This document shows positions 59,252 through 64,000 of a DNA stretch of 64,000 bases, piece after piece. Origin of the DNA: Lepidodermella squamata (Eukaryota; Animalia; Gastrotricha); assembly GCA_047495785.1 (NCBI GenBank), contig JBLDXI010000030.1, positions 1,054,001-1,118,000 of the forward strand, written 5' to 3'. The notes under the pieces are model-generated. The model ran no database searches. It saw nothing but the letters and a program-made list of their open reading frames with translations, and was not told the DNA's origin. The first letter of the stretch is position 1, and each line of letters begins with the position of its first letter. The translations under genes and the position numbers were made by a program.

Positions 59252-60427
59252 ATGATATTGATATACGCTCTGCTGATGTTATCTAAGCTCGCGTCGGTGA
59301 AAGCAGCTATATCAGCTGCTGGCAAGTTGCAGGCGAGATTCGCCGAATATTGCCCAGCTGTTTTGTCAAAATGCTTACCAACAGACCAAGCTCTTAATCC
59401 TAATAGCAGCCGTCCGATTTTTGTAAACATCACCATGGCCCTGCATCGCTTTGAAGGAATCGACGATGTGGAGCAAAAGCTGTCCTTACTAGCGTACATG
59501 TCTCTGTATTGGAATCTACCGTGCAAAGTTCCAAAATGCATCGATCTACTAACTGAAACAGAGTGCATGCCGGAAACTAATCACGAAGGGTTGTTTTTTC
59601 TCGTTCCGGCGATGGAGATTTGGACGCCGGTGATTTCTCATTTCACAGCTTACAATTCGCCGGTAATGGGTCGAAAATTGAGAGATCAGGTCTGGGTCTA
59701 TCCATTTGCCAATTCTAATGCATTAAATTATTTTATCTACGACCGCTTCGACGTATTCTGCACTTCCTTCAGCTACAGCCAATTTCCCTTCGATACGCAA
59801 TCCTGCTCCATAATTTTTGAATCTGATGATTTTTACAGCGACGTGCAGTTTCACCTGTATTCATTTGATATCGACGTATCAGCTCAAGATGGTTTCATTA
59901 CAAGCACTGATATCTGGTCGCTTGTTGAGCCACTCGAGTATAGCAGCTACTCATCCTTACAGGCAAAGGGCTCATACAGTGTTAACCGAATGAATATGAC
60001 GATCCGATTTCGCCGCAAGAGTGGCTACTACATCTGCAACATCTTCGTGCCTACCATCACATTGTTCATCCTTCAAGTCGTCTCTTTGATTGCCGAACCT
60101 GTGAATAGGGATCAATCAGCGTTTTGCGTGACAGTTGTGCTTTCTTACGTTGTTTTCCTGACATTGATTTTTAACATGATGCCTAAAACCTCGGACCATG
60201 TCTATCTGGTGTACATGGTCGCAGATAAATTCATCGTGGCAGTCCTTATCACGGCCTACACCTGTTTAAGCCCAAGTGTTCCTGCTTCACTAAAATCTCG
60301 TATTGTCAAGTTACACAAATCGCTGACTATGCCAATGCATCGGTTTATGGACCTGGCGATTGCTACAGCAGCAGGTCTTGCTGTAATGATCATTGATGCA
60401 GTTCTTTTCTCTCTGATGCTATCATGA
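59252..60427 (+). CDS. Atypical Cys-loop channel subunit, 391 aa
   Basis: IWTPV, CTSFSYSQFPFDTQSC, 4 TM. Confidence 0.92.
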   Translation: MILIYALLMLSKLASVKAAISAAGKLQARFAEYCPAVLSKCLPTDQALNPNSSRPIFVNITMALHRFEGIDDVEQKLSLLAYMSLYWNLPCKVPKCIDLLTETECMPETNHEGLFFLVPAMEIWTPVISHFTAYNSPVMGRKLRDQVWVYPFANSNALNYFIYDRFDVFCTSFSYSQFPFDTQSCSIIFESDDFYSDVQFHLYSFDIDVSAQDGFITSTDIWSLVEPLEYSSYSSLQAKGSYSVNRMNMTIRFRRKSGYYICNIFVPTITLFILQVVSLIAEPVNRDQSAFCVTVVLSYVVFLTLIFNMMPKTSDHVYLVYMVADKFIVAVLITAYTCLSPSVPASLKSRIVKLHKSLTMPMHRFMDLAIATAAGLAVMIIDAVLFSLMLS

Positions 60428-61094
60428 ACCTGGTTACTCCTTTGGTTATCAGATCAGCCTCTTGATCAGATACAAATGTCCTAATTATTGTGACCTCGGC
60501 ATTTTAAAAGTGCACCGGAGGCAAAAATTATTTCAAATGGCTTTCGAATCTAAGTGGTTCTCATCATTCCAGAAGTTTGCATATATTAACCCTTTCAGTG
60601 CCGAAGGACATATATGTCCTTCTCTGCAGAGAACAAGAGCAAATTAATAATAATATATTTTATACGTGGTACCCAGGTATATATTATCGCATATGCGTGC
60701 GCAAACAATGGCGACGCGCGCGCGTGTGTGTTGCGTTTGCGCTCGCCTCGAAGCGCGTGAGCACGCGGGACGTCGTTCCGCCCTCCTCGAAGCGCGCCCG
60801 CACATGTTATAAATCCGTAACAATCGACTTGAGTCAGCACCATCACCAATTTTTGAGCTCGAAAATAAACAACTTTGTTGTAGTAAATTTTTTATTTTTC
60901 GTCACGACGTCAACAGATGAGCTTTCAAAACTTAGAAAAATACGGAAAACATCGTTCATTTTGAAGGAAAAACGGTAGCGAGCCGGCTTCGACGACAATA
61001 TTATTATACAACAAAAACAACTTTGAAACAACACAAAAAAATAAATTTCTATCTAGCTACAGCAGAAGCGACGAAAATTGAAGAAAATTCAAGA

Positions 61095-63217
61095 TCACTT
61101 GGATGGAAAATACACTTTGTGGTGCCAGCGTTCAGAGCATTCGCCTACGTGTAAGGCTGGTGGGTTGCCGCTAGCATCGACGGGGCAAACCAGGCACTCG
61201 TAAGATGCCTTGGGTCTCTTGCACTGGACGCAAGTCCGTCGACCATTGTCCGGGATTTTTGTTGAGAAGTGAAGCGGAGGTCGCGCATTTTCTACCGAGT
61301 CTGCCGCAGCTGCGACGAAATTTCGCAGTTCATCGGACTGTTGAGGTTCAGGCCCGACCATGAGTTCAATGCAAGCGATCCGAAATTCGAGCCGGGTCAT
61401 CTTGCTGCCCGGGTTTTCCATCATATACATCTCGTAAGCATTCAGCATACTCCATTCATTTACATGATTATACAGCGGCATATACCATTTATAATGCTTC
61501 CTGTCGTTACCGTAGGCGGCAGCCTGAAAAATCAAAAATAATGAAAAAAAATCTGAAAATATAAAATTTACAAAAATATACTCACATTTTGATCAATCGC
61601 GTCAACTCCACCCATGAAGCAATTGTAATTATTTACATGATTCGGCTTCATACGAGGCTCAGCACTTTCATCGTCACGCTTCGCCTGGCCGTCATCATCA
61701 TCATCCAGGCGAGACCTTTTGGCCTCAGGTCCTGGTTCTTCGTCATTTTCGCGACGTCGCTTTTGTGTCACCGGCTTCGGCATCGCGTAAACCTCGAGGT
61801 CATCTTCGTCGCTTTCACTCGATTCAATCGATGCGAAACTCACGTCAAATTCGCTGCTGGAATCACCTTGGTCGGCCGAATCCTCGGGTGTTTCCGGTTC
61901 ATCGTTCACGCGGTCGGCACGTTCAGCGGCGAGCCTCATTTCTTCCGCTTGACGCTTGGCTCGATCAGCAGCTAACTGTAAGCGCTTTGGGAGAGGCACT
62001 TCAACCATTTCCGGGTAAAATTCAGTAGATATCATCAACACCGGGCGCTTATCCTGCCATTTCGACACGTAAACCGGGCCGCTTCGGAGCCAGAACAGCT
62101 CGTTTGGTTGAAGTTTTCTTGAAATTACGGCTTGAGGATTGCCTTTTCGCTTTGGATTCAAGGTACCTAAAATCAGGAAAGTTGCCATTTTCGTTGTAAA
62201 AACTGTGGTTATCTCTGACCTGTTACGAGAACTGCTTTCTCGAATAGGCATCGGGCAAGTTCGACGGAATTATAGAAGTTATCCATGAAAAGCGAGTGAA
62301 ATTTGTGCAGAAAATCTCGTATAAGCGCTAAAACCACAGAAGCAGTGTGGCCTTTTTTCGCATCGATGAAGTCTTTGGGCGAGTCAGCACCAGAATAAAC
62401 GGCGAATCGCAAAGCCATACTATTTTCAGAGTCGCTCAGCATGTAGATTTTCAACCCCCATCTGTCAAAAAAAGTTGTAAAATAATGAACATTTTTTTCT
62501 GAAATTTAAAAAATTTCGAAGCGCGGAAAAAGCGCGGAAAACGTTCAAAAACATGCTTACTTATGCTTTTTGTTCCTAATATATTGACGGAAGCCTAATC
62601 GCCCTTTGAAGCCAATCATTTGCTCATCGAGAGACAAATTTTTGCCAGGATTGTACACTCTTTTCATCACGTTGTTGAAATTGTCGATAATCGGTCGAAT
62701 CTGGAAAAATATTCGGAAATAAAAAAATAATTTATTATAATTGAAAAAATCCAACCTTCCAGAGCCGATCTCCGACTTCAAGTTCTGACTTTCTGCTATT
62801 GTCGACAAAATGCAGGCACGAGAGTATTTGCTGGAAGCGATTTCGGGACATGATATTGCCAAAAGCCGGCGTTTTCAAAAGCCAGCTTTGAGACCAGTAG
62901 CTGGCAAGTGTAGGCTTCACGATGATGCCCATCAAAAAACAAATACCAAGGAATTTCAAATATTCGTCAGGCGTAAGGTCTTTCCAGCCAATAATTCTCG
63001 CATTTGGCAGAGTATTATTTGCCAGTTTTTCTTTGGCATATCGGTTGGTTTCTTGGCATATCATGAGAATTATTGCTTGATTGATGAAAAGCTGAAGATA
63101 ACCGAGAGGATTTATTCGCGAAAGAGGCTTTTCAATCAACGCCCGAACACCGCGAAAGGTAAAATCGTTGTGGGGCGCTCGAGTTTGCGTCCATTCGTCA
63201 TCACCTGATGAGGCCAT
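61095..63217 (-). CDS. piggyBac transposase (PGBD4-like), 617 aa, 5 exons, intact
   Basis: Exons 63217-62756, 62700-62561, 62461-62220, 62166-61586, 61523-61095 splice in frame via GT-AG; MSRNRFQQI, SLDEQM, MDNFY, WQDKR, MGGVDAIDQ, C-terminal Cys/His domain. Confidence 0.92.
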
Positions 63218-63690
63218 GAGTATTTATTTCTTCAAAATTTCTGCAAATTGAAAATGAATTTTGATGCTATTTTTCGAAGCGCATGACTTCTTGGACTGCG
63301 AATGCCTCGATGCGCATGACTGATTTTTTGCGTGCAAATAGGACTTTCGCCCACAGTCGCCTGCCTATTCATCACGAAATTGCCGCGCCAAATTATGAAC
63401 GAACAAACGGTGACCGCAATTATTCAAAATTTTATTTCCGATGACAAAATTGCGGCAAACAGTAGAAAGCGACCAGGTATTACAAAAATTAGCATGGAAA
63501 ATTACAAATTTACAAATTTTCAAATTTTCAAATTTTCAAATTACATTTATCGATTCTATTCAACACTGTCGTTTTCAAAGAACAAAAATGGGCGCAGAAA
63601 AATTGATAAGAACAGATATATAAAGAATGAACAGAGAGTAACAATATATTTACAGATATATTACAGAAGGCAACGCAGAAGGCAACGCAT

Positions 63691-64000
63691 TCAAACGTTT
63701 CTTCGCGGGCGACCGCGCCCACGCTTCGGCTGGTTTGCTGGTTGATTCGGCTGCTGGTTCGGCTCGGCTAGGCCACGGAAGACGAACAACTGCGGCGGCG
63801 TGGCAGGACGGATCGGCGCAACAGCAGGAAGCTCGGCATCGGGAAGTTCGACGACTTGCGCTTGAGGTGTCGGGGGTCGAAAAGGCGAGATCGGAGCAGC
63901 CTGAGGTTCGTCAGCAACCTAGAATGATAAAGATATTATTCTATCTACCGATTTCCACGCGGCAATCACTTTACCTCATCAATGAACACCAGCAGCGGCG
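63691..64000 (-). CDS. 3' end of a Pro-rich protein with a C-terminal AT-hook (partial)
   Basis: GT-AG intron 63974-63919; last exon VADEPQAAPISPFRPPTP...QPKRGRGRPRRNV*. Confidence 0.65.

Larger units (their letters stand above)
60590..64000 (-). mobile_element. piggyBac DNA transposon (other end not seen in window)
   Basis: TTAA (60586-60589) followed by a CCCTTT terminus, downstream of the transposase gene. Confidence 0.8.

Noticed and set aside
2854-60427. Naming the channels as canonical nAChR alpha/beta or 5-HT3 orthologs
   Set aside because: Ligand-binding residues are absent and loop length is atypical; no gene symbol is supportable.
1-64000. Species assignment
   Set aside because: Short introns and receptor expansions fit several invertebrate lineages; no diagnostic marker is present.

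Overview
Eukaryotic (animal, invertebrate-type) genomic DNA with short GT-AG introns (mostly 47-62 bp); the species cannot be identified from sequence alone. The window is dominated by a tandem cluster of intronless, ~390-aa atypical Cys-loop (pentameric ligand-gated ion channel) genes: 10 intact ORFs and 5 pseudogenes or fragments. They share an unusual C-x14-C loop, four extra extracellular cysteines, no acetylcholine-binding loop B Trp or loop C vicinal Cys, hypervariable ligand loops and near-identical M1-M3, and most have an ETS-like ACAGGAAATT motif upstream. This is the profile of a lineage-specific ionotropic chemoreceptor expansion (inference). An intronless GABA-B-like class C GPCR lies inside the array. 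A separate multi-exon gene (13965->6633) fuses a signal peptide, EGF and CUB-like modules and a Thr-rich stalk to a Cys-loop channel, and is interrupted by a 4.27-kb segment carrying a 179-bp satellite. The rest is rich in DNA transposons: a Sola-like DDD transposase, a decayed RAG1/Transib-like transposase, a MULE with an OTU-like domain, an intron-containing piggyBac, MITEs, foldbacks and a P-like excision footprint. There is also a secreted 14-Cys protein gene whose piggyBac-type insertion could be spliced out in frame. No rRNA, tRNA or CRISPR was seen.
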